From positions 5,394,001 to 5,458,000 of the forward strand of contig NC_043013.1 of the NCBI RefSeq assembly GCF_006345805.1: DNA of 64,000 nt. The letters run 5' to 3'. Of this stretch, positions 24,902 to 36,894 are shown piece after piece. How positions within the stretch are numbered: the first letter of the stretch is position 1; every line of letters starts with the position of its first letter. The translations under genes and the position numbers were made by a program. Source of the DNA: Octopus sinensis (lineage: Eukaryota). The notes beneath the pieces were generated by a model. It was given only the letters and a program-made list of their open reading frames with translations. It had not been told where the DNA came from and searched no databases.

Positions 24902-25159
24902 GTATATATATGTATATATATATCTATGTATGTGTGTGTATATGTTTGTGTGTCTGTGTTTGATGTAAATAGGATTAATCATGCAAAATACTTATGTATG
25001 TATGTATGTATCTATATAACAAGCTTCTTTCAGTTACCAAAACCACTTACAAGGCTTTGGTTGGCCTAAGACTATAATAGAAGACACTTGCCCAAGGTGC
25101 CATGCAGTGGGACTGAACTCAGAACCATGTGGTTGGAAAGAGCTATTGGAGCTAATCTA

Positions 25160-25497
25160 ATCAATTAGTTTCATACAAGGTATTAAAACCAGATGTTAGA
25201 TAACAGTACAGATAAATAACACTGTATGCTCTTTAGAAATGGCAGGAATCCTGAAGTATTCTTGCTATCTCTGAAGAGCATGCAGTATTACTTAATTGTG
25301 CTGTTATCAATCGGTTTTGTTCTGGGAGTTAAAACCAAATGTTAGATAACAGCACATTTAAATAATATTGAGCAGTCTTCAGAGATAGCAGGAATCCTGC
25401 AATATTCCTGCCATCTCTGAAGAGCATGCAATATTACTTATCCATGCTGTTATCTAACATATGGTTTCTATACCCAGTGCAAAACCGTTTGATTGAT
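25160..25497. repeat. tandemly duplicated foldback (palindromic MITE-like) element
   Basis: Two consecutive hairpins with arms ..GTTAGATAACAG..TGCTCTTCAGAGATGGCAGGAAT / ATTCCTGCCATCTCTGAAGAGCA..CTGTTATC and 8-nt loops. Confidence 0.75.
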
Positions 25498-26719
25498 AAG
25501 ATCGGTTGTAATGGATCTATAATACTGCATATTCTGATTAATATACCCACTCTGTTGATAAATATACAAGCGCATATGCTTTTGTGTAGTTACTCAGACG
25601 ACTATGTGTGTATATATATGTGTGTGTATGTATGTATGTATGTATGTATGAATGAATGAATATTAATTTTTCTTTTCACCAAGCATAACATATAATTTAG
25701 TAACGAGATGAGACCTTCATTTTACTCAAACACTCTCACTTTTGTCGAGAGGTGGTGGTTAAAATTTACAGTGATCACACAAAACGAAAGAAAAAATAAA
25801 TCTCTGACAACTTATTTCCTCTAACCTACTGAAACTAAATGTGCAATTATCCTGCGTAAATTATGTCAGAATTGACTCAGATGTCATAAATTTAGTTCTG
25901 GTGCAATTTCTAAGATGACAGACATTTAAAATGTCCATTTGTTGAAATAAACGACTAAGAAATATTATCTGTAAATTGTTCATTAAAAGACAGGAAAAAC
26001 GAATGTAAAAGAGATGGGTGTGTTAAAAGGAGCAGGAACAAGAAAGATTATCACTAATTTTCATTACTTAAAACTTCAACAAAAATAGACATGATTATTA
26101 TCTTTTAGAAATGCGCAGTTATGTCATCTTGTTCAAAACTGGTTGTGTTGGGAGGGAAGTACGATAAACACACATCTACTTACAGACTTTTGTGAAGTGT
26201 AGCCTAGTTTGGTATTAAACAAACATTACGTTACATTAAATTCACCGAATTAGAGACTTGAAGAAATAAGAAAAAAATTGTTTTACTTTTATCTTTTCAC
26301 AAGTTTACATTGATAACTGTTATTCTAAAATAGTTTTAATTCTTTTACAAAGCCAGCAGTATCGAGAGGAAAATATTATCGAATACCATCAACCCTTGTA
26401 CTTGACTGGTACTTTATTTTCCGGAGAAGTTGACCTCAACATGCTTGAACTCAGAAACCGAAGGGCTGGAGAAAAAAAAAATCCAAAAACCCACAAAAAG
26501 CATTTTTTAAAGATCTGCTGATTCAACCAGTTGACTACCTGAACTATATTCTGCAAATAGACACAGGAGTGGCTGTGTGGTAAGAAGCTTGCTTACCAAC
26601 CATAATGTTCGAGGTTCAGTCCCACTGCGTGGCACTTTGTCTTCTACTATAACCGCAGGCCGACCAAGGCCTTGTGAATAGATTTGGTAGACGGAAACTG
26701 AAAGAAGCCCATTGTATGT

Positions 26720-27262
26720 GTGTGGGCAAGAGACAAACTTGGCAGAGATGTGCCACATGTTCAATTCAGACGTTAGGATTGCCTGCATAGACCCATACAA
26801 CAGACCAACAACATCAGCAATGTTGTTGTTTGTCCTCCAGTGATCCTTATGCGCAAGCTGATGAATTCTCTCCACATTTATGGGGATGACTCTCATTGCA
26901 AGTCTTCCAGATTGCTCATCTTCTGCTTTTGAAACATCCGTGCTACTGGAAACATTGCATACGACCCACTGCCTCGTCACCGTAAGCTTGCCAAAGCATG
27001 CTCAATGTCTCTGTAGCAGATTGCCCAAGCCTGATGCAAAATTTCACATTGGCTCTCTTTGTTCCAGCTTCCTGTCCATGACAAAATCGGAGACTACAGC
27101 ATACACGTGATCACAAATTTCACAACTTCAAAGTAAACACAGCAATGTCATTCGGCACATTGTCTCATGAAGGTCACTACGAGCTTTCACTGCACACACA
27201 ACCTTGTGCTGACATCTGTTGGTGCACTACAGAACTAGTCCAGGAACTTTTGAAACCACCTA
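26720..27262 (-). mobile_element. decayed mariner 5' half
   Basis: TIR GGTGGTTTCAAAAGTTCCTGGACTAG at 27232-27262; translation EDEQSGR..INVERIHQL..ILTSELNMWHISAKFV. Confidence 0.75.
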
Positions 27263-27315
27263 TATATATATGTTTTAATATTTTGCTTAGGCATTGTGTG
27301 ACTAATAACCTCAAA

Positions 27316-27735
27316 GGAGCAGGAGTGGGTGTGTGGTAAGTAGCTTGCTTACCAACCAAATGGCTCCGGATTCAGTCCCACTGCGTGGCATCTTGGGCAA
27401 GTGTCTTCTACTATAGCCTTGAGCCGACCAAAGCCTTGTGAGTGGATTTGGTAGACAGAAACTGGAAGAAGCCTGTCGTATATGTGTGTGTATATATATA
27501 TATATATATGTATGTATGGGTGTGTATATGTTTGTGTGTCTGTTTGTCTGCCCCCTGCATCACTTGACAACCGATGCTGGTGTGTTTACGTCCCCGTAAC
27601 TTAGCAGTTCGGCAAAAGAGACCGACAGAATAAGTACTAGGCTTACAAAGAATAAGCTCTGGGGTCGATTTGCTCGACTATTAAGGCGATGCTCCAGCAT
27701 GGCTGCAGTCTAATGACTGAAACAAGTGAAAGAGT
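27316..27735 (+). mobile_element. tRNA-derived SINE family A
   Basis: Full family A consensus. Confidence 0.9.
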
Positions 27736-28333
27736 ATACATATGTTTCAGGACAGAGTGCTAATAAGAAAATGAAATGGCAAAGGAATAAACTTAAGTTA
27801 CCTTATGAACTCCATTAGCTTGCAGCTGTTTCTGCTACTGGAAGCAGTGGACACATAGTTGAGTGCCTGAGTAACAGCCAATAGCTTCAAGGTTTGCAAT
27901 ATTGCAAACCTGTACAAGTGAGCATGTAAAAAACAAAATAGGAATTTTGACAAAAGCATCTATAAAACTAGCTTTTAAAAATTGAATGGCTTATAAGGGT
28001 CCACCAGAATAGAATAGTAATAGAAAAAATTGGTTGGGAAGCACTGATCTGTATTGTCACTTGGCATGCTAGAAACAGTAGTCAAATCTCGAATCAGGTC
28101 ATATTGTCTATATATTTTTTAACAAAAACAGTCATAGGGAATTATATGAATTAACTGTCTGTTGAGCGGGGATGATCATGGATGGAATATGTTTGGTCAT
28201 AGGTCTGTGCAACCAAGGGATGATCTGTGGAATAAGCAACAATAATAGCAAGACAACAATTTCTTGTATGTGTGTGTGTGTGAGAGAGAGAGAGTGTGTG
28301 AGAGAGAGAGAGAGTGTGTGAGAGAGAGAGAGA

Positions 28334-28370
<37 letters not shown>

Positions 28371-28575
28371 AAAGGGAGAGATGGGTGAGTTAAGCAAACA
28401 TGAGACGTGTGACTGAAATCTGGAATTATTCTGAATGTTGTCTCGCTGAAGTAAAGTTTGTTTTGCAGCAGTTAACTAAACAGTAATAACATGATTTCAA
28501 CAGGTTCAACTCACATATATCTAGTGTGTGTGTGTGTCTGTGTGTGTATATATATATGTATGTATGTATATATAT

Positions 28576-28619
<44 letters not shown>

Positions 28620-29416
28620 AATTAGAGACAAAACCACTATTATGCAAATCAAACAAAGAAAGACTTAATCCAATACATAAATTAATTTATATTATTTAGT
28701 AATTTAACAATTATTAATCATCATCATCATCATCATCATCGTTTAACGTCCGTTCTCCATGCTAGCATGGGTTGGACGGTTTGACCGGGGATCTGGGAAG
28801 ACAGGAGACTGCACCAGGCTCCAGTCTTATCTGGCAATGTTTCTACAGCTGGATGCCCTTCCTAACGCCAACCACTCCATGAGTGTAGTGGGTACTTTTT
28901 ACGTGCCACCTGCACAGGTGCCAGGCGAGGCTGGCAACGGCCACAGTCGGATTGGTGTATTTTATGTGCCACCGGCACGGAAGCCAGTCGAGGCGGTGCT
29001 GGCATCGGCCACGAGTCGGATAGTGCTTTTTATGTACCACCAGACCAGGGATCCTGGCTGGTTCAATTCGATTTCGATATATATATATATATATATATAT
29101 TACATATGCTGAGACCCTCTTCGGTCATGATTAACCATGGGATTGCACCTAGAAAGTTACCCTCCCGGGCACAAGTCCAAGCAAGGTTGTTTATGGAAGA
29201 CCAGCAGTCGCCCATGCATACCAACCTTCCCTCTCCATGCCACCGATGTTATCCAAGGGATAAGGCAAAGGCCAATACAGCTTGGCACCTGTGACGTTGC
29301 AACTCATTTCTACAGCTGAGTGAACTGGAGCAACGTGAAATAAAGTGTCTTGCTCAAGAACACAACGTGCAGCCTGCTCAGGGATTCACACACACACACA
29401 CATACACACACACACA

Positions 29417-29479
<63 letters not shown>

Positions 29480-30417
29480 CAAAGAGGCTGTCAGGCAGAC
29501 AGACATATAACTCTGGAGACAAATTTAATTGTCTTTGACTCAACATTTCCAGTTGTCTCCCTTGTGTTTACCTTTGGTTTAGTCCAACATCATTCACCAA
29601 TGTTTACCTCTGGTCAATGCAGCAATACAGACTTGAATGAATTAATCCAGTTGTATATTTGCCATTTTAAGTGTATCACTAATTACTCTGCTATTAATAA
29701 CCTGATTTGATTAATTTCATAAGGAGCCACTGTAAGCAATAGGCCATCCAAGAAACGTGTAAAATACGCTTTAAGCTAATATGTTTCATATTGTATATAA
29801 CTTAATTCATGATTTTCATACCATTTTGTCATTTTTATTTTGTTTGCTGTAGGTTTGTTTATTTTTACTAATCAATCAGTTATTGACACCTAACGATCAG
29901 TTCAGTGGTTAATAAATTAGTGAAAAATAATGTAGTAACAAAGTGGTAATGAATTTAACTGGCTGGCATTTGTGCCTTTCATTAGAAGAATTTGCAATTT
30001 AGCAGAATAAATTGGTGGTAGAAAAATATCCATATACCGAAGTGTTGTTGGCTCTTATGTCTGTAGTTTGAATGTATGAATGATCTGTGTGTGTATGCAT
30101 GTATGTATGTATGTATGTATGTATGTATGTATGTCATTAGTCAGTTTATTTCAAGATTTCTTGCCAATAGAGAAAGAACTGGTTTCTAACCTAGATCCAA
30201 GGCTACTTCATTAGAATTTCAACACCAACAACAGTGTATTTTTGTTTGTATGTATGTAACTGCATCTGTAGGGTTTAGATGGAACCAGCATGTGGGTAGC
30301 CGCTGGTGCAAGGGGGAACTGACCACCCTAAAACACCAGGCCTATATAAGTATGTATATGTATCTATGTGTATATATAATAAATATACACATCACACACA
30401 CTTGGACTGAGACAAAT

Positions 30418-30584
30418 GCTGAGTGGTTATGTGGTAAGTGGCTTGCTTACCAACCACATGGTTCTGGGTTCAGTCCCACTGCGTGGAACCTTGGGCAAGT
30501 GTCTTCTACTATAGCCTCGGGCTGACCAAAGCCTTGTGAGTGGATTTTGTAGACGGAAACTGAAAGAAGTCCGTTGTATATATG

Positions 30585-30617
<33 letters not shown>

Positions 30618-30838
30618 ATGTGTGTGTGTATATGTTTGTGTGTCTGTGTTTGTCCCCCCAACATCACTTGACAACTGATGCTGGTATGTTTACGTCCCTG
30701 TAACTTAGCGGTTTGGCAAAAGAGACCGATAGAATAAGTACTCGGCTTACAAAGAATAAGTCCTGGGGGGCGATTTGCTCGACTAAAGGCGGTGCTCCAG
30801 CATGGCCACAGTCAGATGACTGAAACAGGTAAAAGAGT
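30418..30838 (+). mobile_element. tRNA-derived SINE family A
   Basis: Family A consensus. Confidence 0.9.
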
Positions 30839-30844
30839 TTATTA

Positions 30845-31540
30845 GTTTCAAATTTCAGCTCAAGGCCAGCAATTTCGGAGGTGGGGTCAAGTTAATTACA
30901 TCAACCCCCAGTGTTCAACTGGTTCTTATTTTATTGACCCCTGAAAGGATGAAAGGTAAAGTCAACCCTGGTAGCACTTGAACCCAGAACATAAGGACAG
31001 ACGAAATACCTATTTCTTTATTACCCACAAGGGGCTAAACACAGAGAGGACAAATAAGGACTGACAAACGGATTAAGTCGATTATATAAACCCCAGTGTG
31101 TAACTGGTACTTATTTAATCGACCCCGAAAGGATGAAAGGCAAAGTCGACGTCGGCGGAATTTGAACTCAGAACGTAGCGGCAGACAAAATACCTATTTC
31201 TTTATTACCCACAAGGGGCTAAACACAGAGGGGACAAACAAGGGCAGACATAGGTATTAAGCCGATTACATCGACCCCAGTGTGTAACTGGTACTTAATT
31301 TATTGACCCCGAAAGGATGAAAGGCAAAGTCGACCTCGGTGGAATTTGAACTCACAACCTAACGCAGACAAAATACCGCTAAGCATTTTGCCAGCTTGCT
31401 GACCTACTTCTTTTATATATATTCTTTTCTACTCCAGGCTCAAGGCCCGAAATTTGGGGGGAGGGGCCAGTTAATTAGATCTACGCAACTGGTGCTTAAT
31501 TTATCGACCCTGAAAGGATGAAAGGCAAAATCAACCTCCC
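30845..31540 (-). mobile_element. nested chain of Nin-domain-like SINEs (family B)
   Basis: Four GACCCCGAAAGGATGAAAGGCAAAGTC cores; tails ..AAGAAATA joined to GGTATTT(C/T)GTCTG of the next copy at ~31008 and ~31192. Confidence 0.8.
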
Positions 31541-31743
31541 CCTTTTATACATATCAAAACAGGTGACAGCTAGTTTTAAGACATTTACTTTGCAATCGAA
31601 AGGTCCTGGGTTCAATCCTGCTGTCTGGTACCTCGAGCAATTTATTATTTTGAGTAAAATGAGTTGACCAGTGAATAGATTTCACTGTAAATATATATAT
31701 TTGCGAAGGCTAGACAGGTATCTCAACTAGCAGGACTCGCTAT

Positions 31744-31789
31744 CCTGGACTGATGACGGGTAAGACCCAGAAACATGCATGTCTTCAGG
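31744..31789 (+). ncRNA. minimal type I hammerhead ribozyme, intact core
   Basis: CCTGGA-CTGATGA-C-GGGT(AAG)ACCC-A-GAAAC-ATGCAT-GTC-TTCAGG; palindromic stem III ACATGCATGT; GUC triplet; downstream 31815-31935 is homologous to the 9205/19134 repeat. Confidence 0.85.
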
Positions 31790-32190
31790 TGTGAATCCTA
31801 GTTGGTGGGGGTATTTGCCTCCCTTTTGCACATATAAGGACACAGGAAATGTGTCAAAGCCGACAGGAAGCGTCAATGCTTCCTAGGGCTAAACAGCAGT
31901 GGTGTAATTCCCTTACGGGACTATCACGTTATGTTGACAGTATACAACCACTCTGAGTTGATGGGAATTGTATGGAAGTAGAAGTTCACAATTAGCCTAC
32001 CGCAAGAAACTAGTGACATCTACAATGAGGCAGCACCATTTTTTGAAACTCGGAAGGAGGTAGGAACAACTGTTTTTTCCTTGTTTTTCATGGTTATGTA
32101 AACGTGAATAACTGATCTTTTCTTCTTCATTATAATCTCTGTTATAAGAGTTAACAATTACAATTACCAGGCATGTAAAAACATTTTAAA

Positions 32191-32562
32191 ACAAGAGCAC
32201 TTTGAGAGCGCAAACTTCCACCAAGGCAACACCAATGTCCTCTCAACGATTAACCAGAGATGATTTTTAAAATGAGAATATCTGAAATATACTCGACTGC
32301 TCTCACAAACGAGAATACCAAAAACGAAACTGACCGCTCTCAAAAATTAAGTGAAAAAAAAAAACGGAAAAATAATTCAGAATCCTTGTCTGGTACCGGA
32401 TCGATCCCAAAATCTAATCAGTTCGTGCCAGTCACAAGACCAAACATCCCTGGAAGTTTCATCAGGATCCATCCAGCAGTTCTTGAGATATCTTGTCCAT
32501 GGACAACCAACAAGCAAACACGACTGAAAACAATCCCTCTGTCTTCGCTAAGGCGGAGGTAA
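32191..32562. mobile_element. Helentron-associated (HINE/DINE-1-like) non-autonomous element
   Basis: ACAAGAGCAC..GAGAGCGCAAACTTCCACCAAGGC at one end and AAGGCGGAGGTAAT at the other (subterminal inverted repeat plus short hairpin). Confidence 0.55.
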
Positions 32563-33917
32563 TAAATCGATAAATAATCGTATGTAACTTAATGTATAAT
32601 GATACGTTTTTTTCCCCAACCCTCAGAAAAACCCTCATGACCCTTATTTGGGTCACGACCATGGATTTGGAAACCCCTGTTGGATATACAAATTTCATGA
32701 AGCGGGGATAGACACAACCATCTTCAGACGACGTACTCTAAATTACTCCCCTAAATACGATACTCCTATAAATTCAGACCCCTACACCCTTCTTTTTTCG
32801 TCTCAAACCAATACGCTACTTTTTAGTCCATTCTTCCAAACCCACAGGGCTGTCAACGACTCTTGCCACAACACCATCACCATCACCAGCAGCAACAGCA
32901 ATAAATATACCATGACCACCACCACCACCACATGTTGTTGTTGTTGTTGTTGTTTAGTCCCAGATAAATCCTGCTTGAGCAGATTATGATCAAAAGCATT
33001 TTAGCCGCGTCCTATCCGTCATCTTGCATATCAAGAGACCACCATCGACCAATGTTGTCTCTCTCCTTCCACCTGCACACTTTTCTTTAAAACAGACGAC
33101 AGGTCATAATTTTAGAGAGACTTTGCTGTTATTTCTAGCAGTTCGCACCATCACGTTGAGGCCCCTTCCAGAGAAAAAGTTGCTTTTCTTGAGAAATATC
33201 TCACTGTCGCTGTTCCCTTGAGTCGAAGATGTCAGGTTGCCGTATCTGTTGACACAAGTAATCCTTCTCTGACGAAAAGGAGTATTTGTCTGACGTGAGG
33301 TCGACACGTTAGGAGCGGTTCAGAGAGAAAGGAAAGGATGTCGGCTGCTTTTGTGAATGAGTGAATGTGTGAACACACACACGTGTGTATTGTGTCTGTG
33401 TGTGTGACTATGTACGTCTGTATGAGTCTATCTGTCTGTCTGTCTGTATGTATGTATGTATGTATGTATGTGACCATCTATGTGTGTGTGAGTGTGTATG
33501 TGCGCGTGTGTTCACCTACGAACGTACGTATGTGTGTGTGTAAGCATCCGTATGTGTGTGCATGCATGCATCTGTGTGTGCATGCATGCATCTGTGTATG
33601 TGTATATGCGCCCGTGTGTAAATGTATTGGGGGGTTAAAGATAACGTTAAGGAAATCGGTGATCTTTCGGACTTTGTATGTAATATACTGTAGACAAGTA
33701 ACAACAAGCAGATCCAAAGATAAAACAAATAAAGCGTTATCAATCAACAAAAGTCATAAACAAATGAATTTTCATGCTTCTTTTATGGTTTTAATTATGA
33801 AACTACGTTACCAAAGCAGAAGATAGGAAGGTAAAAATAAAAATATAAGTATTCCCTCTCTCACATATACAGTAGAATGGTATACATGTACAAATGTTCC
33901 TTCCTCCACCATATTAT

Positions 33918-34035
33918 GCGAGGTGGTATCAAAAGGTTCCAGGACTAGTTATGTTTAATAAAAAATGAATTATTTACCTAAGTTTTAACATTATCTTGGA
34001 AATAGTCACCTTGCATAGCAATACACCGGTTCCAG
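33918..34035 (-). mobile_element. mariner 3' end fragment
   Basis: TIR CGAGGTGGTATCAAAAGGTTCCAGGACTAG; minus-strand WNRCIAMQGDYFQDN* C-terminus. Confidence 0.75.
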
Positions 34036-34144
34036 TCAGGGCCGGATTAAGACCCATCGAGGCCCAACATCAGAAGCAGTAGTAGCAGAAACAGCAGCAG
34101 AAGTAGTAGTAATAGTATTATTATTATTATTATTACTATCATCA

Positions 34145-34214
<70 letters not shown>

Positions 34215-34215
<1 letters not shown>

Positions 34216-34681
34216 TATGTTTGACTTTTGCTTTACATTTGTACAAGTTGGCTCCAAGTCTCATCCAGAGACCTCAAGAGACAACAAGTTAGAAGTTAAT
34301 GTTGGTGTTATGCCTAGGGTGCCATATATTTGGTTTTGTACATAGTGTTGTTCTAGAGAATGTTTAGGAAACCATAATAAAATTATGTTTGTTTTAAAAT
34401 TTGAGTCCGGACGCAGTTCATCGCAGCCGTTTCGAAAGGATCGGGTGGAGGAAGCGACGACGACGACGACCACCAACGCGTAGGGCGCCGGGCGAGTCTA
34501 AAAGCTGCAGCGGGCCCGCGCCAATCGCCGCTGTCCCTCTCGTCTGCCGACCTAGTCGCTGGCCTTCTTCGCATAGTATTTGGCATAGGACATGGGCAGT
34601 TCCCATGAGCACTATCTTTTGAATTTCTGCCATTTTGGGGTTTCCTGGTATCTGAGCTAGGTAGCAATCAGTCTCTTTTGC
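34215..34681 (-). mobile_element. Dong/R4-clade 3' end (family 1) containing a GC-rich insert
   Basis: YLAQIPGNPKMAEIQKIVLMGTAHVL C-terminus, 3' UTR, (TAA)n on both sides. Confidence 0.75.
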
Positions 34682-34706
34682 TATTATTATTATTATTATT
34701 ATCATT

Positions 34707-35645
34707 CAGTAGTTTTATTTTTATAGCGTGCTTTCACTTCACTACCGAGCGCAGCTCTGTGTGCCTTGGGTATGTGCTGTGATTTGTTGTGATGCTCTGA
34801 TGGTCATTGTATGGAAAGTGTTCTGCGTAGGATGTGTGCAGTGCCTAGTAGTGCAATTTTCTGTATGTTATATGTGTTTGTAAGTCCTGGTATTTTTGTT
34901 ATGTATTTGTCTGAATATTTTTTTATCATGCCTAATGCACCTACTATGATAGGAATTGTTTCTGTTTTTAGATTCCACATTCTGGTTACCTCTATTTCCA
35001 GGTCTTTGTATTTTGAAAGTTTCTCCATTTCTTTTAGAGACACGTTGTCATCTGCCGGTATTGATACATCAATTAGAAAGCATTTTTTTTCTTCATGATC
35101 TCTGACAACTATATCTGGTCTGTTAGCCTTAATTTCTCTATCTGTGTGTATCGGCATATCCCAGAGTATGGTTGCTTTCTCGTTTTCTGTGACCTTTTCT
35201 GGTGTGTGCCTATACCATCTTTTTCTGTTGTTATTCCATAACGTTGGCATAGCTTCCAGTGTATGTAGATTCCAACTCTGTCATGTCTGTGAATATATTC
35301 CTTCTTAGCCAGGACTGGGCAGCCAGAGATAATATGATTTATTGTTTCTTGTCCATCTCCACATATTCTGCAGTTATTTGTTATATTTCTTTTCATTACA
35401 TGTTTTTGGTAAATTCTGGTGGGTAGGCTTTGGTCTTGTGCTGCAATTAAGAATCCCTCTGTCTCTGCTTTGAGTCCTGAGCTTCTCAACCATTGCTGGG
35501 ATTTTTCTTTATCTATTTCTTTTGCATTTAGTTTAGTCCAGTATTTACCACGAAGGGGCTTTTCTTGCCATCGTTTTATCATGGTTCTTTGCTGTTCTAG
35601 TTTTAGTTTGGATTTCATTTGTATTATAGCTTTTGTTGTTTCTTC
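34707..35645 (-). mobile_element. 5'-truncated Dong/R4-clade non-LTR retrotransposon (zinc knuckle + RLE)
   Basis: ETEGFLIAAQDQ, CRIC..ETINHIISGC, RHD, ANRPDIVV..LIDVSIP, KLSKY, IQKIALLGTAHILRR; one frameshift; flanked by (TAA)n. Confidence 0.92.
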
Positions 35646-35707
35646 ATCTTCTTCTTCTTCTTTTCTTCTTCTTCTTCTTCTTCTCTTCTTCTTCTTCTTC
35701 TTCTTCA

Positions 35708-35772
<65 letters not shown>

Positions 35773-35788
35773 ATTATTATTATTATTT

Positions 35789-36305
35789 AGTGAGAGAGCA
35801 GTACGTGCCATCAAAGTGACACTGGGGTAAAATATATGAAGCCCAGTAAAACTACCCATCTGATAAGGGTACACTATGTACATGCGTGACATAGTTATCT
35901 AATATCAAGATAAACAGTGCATGACCTTACAGGTGGGGCCCAGTTAGAATTTTCTTCAGGTCAAGTAGCCCATCCCACTCAAAAGATCCTTGAATAAGGA
36001 TTGTTTAAGGATGTTGAAAGAAACACCCATGTTTCCAAAGGTTAATTATCCAAACCCCCAAAGAATTGCTCTCAACACATGGCTATGATGCTCCCCCACT
36101 ACTTCTGCTCGTGATCAGAGATGCACATATCGTCAGCCACTAAGGGACATGCTCAACTGGTTAAGGTCAAACAACTGACAAGCAAATCTGTGGTATTGAG
36201 CAGAATATTTGCTGTAGCCCATCTTTTATTTCAAGACAAAACAATGTACATGATAACACTTCCAATCAGTTAAGATCAGAAGCCATGAGAGCTACTGCCT
36301 GGTAC

Positions 36306-36306
<1 letters not shown>
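35789..36306 (-). mobile_element. non-coding ~520-bp element between (TAA)n tracts (probable Dong-mobilised element or 3' UTR)
   Basis: Complex sequence bounded precisely by (TAT)n runs within the Dong stack; strand inferred from neighbours. Confidence 0.45.
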
Positions 36307-36363
<57 letters not shown>

Positions 36364-36366
36364 CAT

Positions 36367-36712
36367 TGCCTTTGCACGGCTTCTAACGCTGGAGATGTAT
36401 TATAGTGTCAGCTGTTCACTACCAGTGGACTAAAGTAACACCCCATATTTTTCGAGTACCTTCCAGAGTATTTGAGTAGTTCCAAACAGTGCTGTTTTTT
36501 GCTAGTGCTGCCCCCTTATTGCAGCCTCTATTTGTTCCATGTACTTCTTAAGAGTTTTACTCACTGTTCCCAGGGCTCTGAAAATTATTAGGACTACTAC
36601 CACCTTTTTCAGTGAATACAACTGCTTAACCACCCAAACAAACCTGTCATATCTATCGACTTTTCTTTCTTCCTTATTGCATACCTTGTTGTCAGGTAGG
36701 CATGCTATATCT
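36367..36712 (-). mobile_element. Dong/R4-clade RLE C-terminal fragment (family 3)
   Basis: DIACLPDNKVCNKEERKVDRY..VVLIIFRALGTV..QKTALFGT. Confidence 0.8.
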
Positions 36713-36863
36713 GTTGTTGTTATTGTTATTGTTATTATTATTATTATTAGTAGTAGTAGTAGTAGTAGTAGTAGCAGCAGCAGCAGCAGCAACATCAGCA
36801 AAACTACTAGTAGTAGTAGTAGCACTAGTAGTAGCAGTAGTGGTGGTGGTGGTGTTGGTGTTG

Positions 36864-36894
<31 letters not shown>

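Noticed and set aside
27811-27835. GAAAC-AGCT-GCA half-hammerhead on the minus strand
   Set aside because: No CUGANGA or stem I partner found; at most a remnant.
26720-34035. Two same-family mariner TIRs as ends of one large composite element
   Set aside because: The TIRs face outward and the fragments are in the wrong order for a single minus-strand element.
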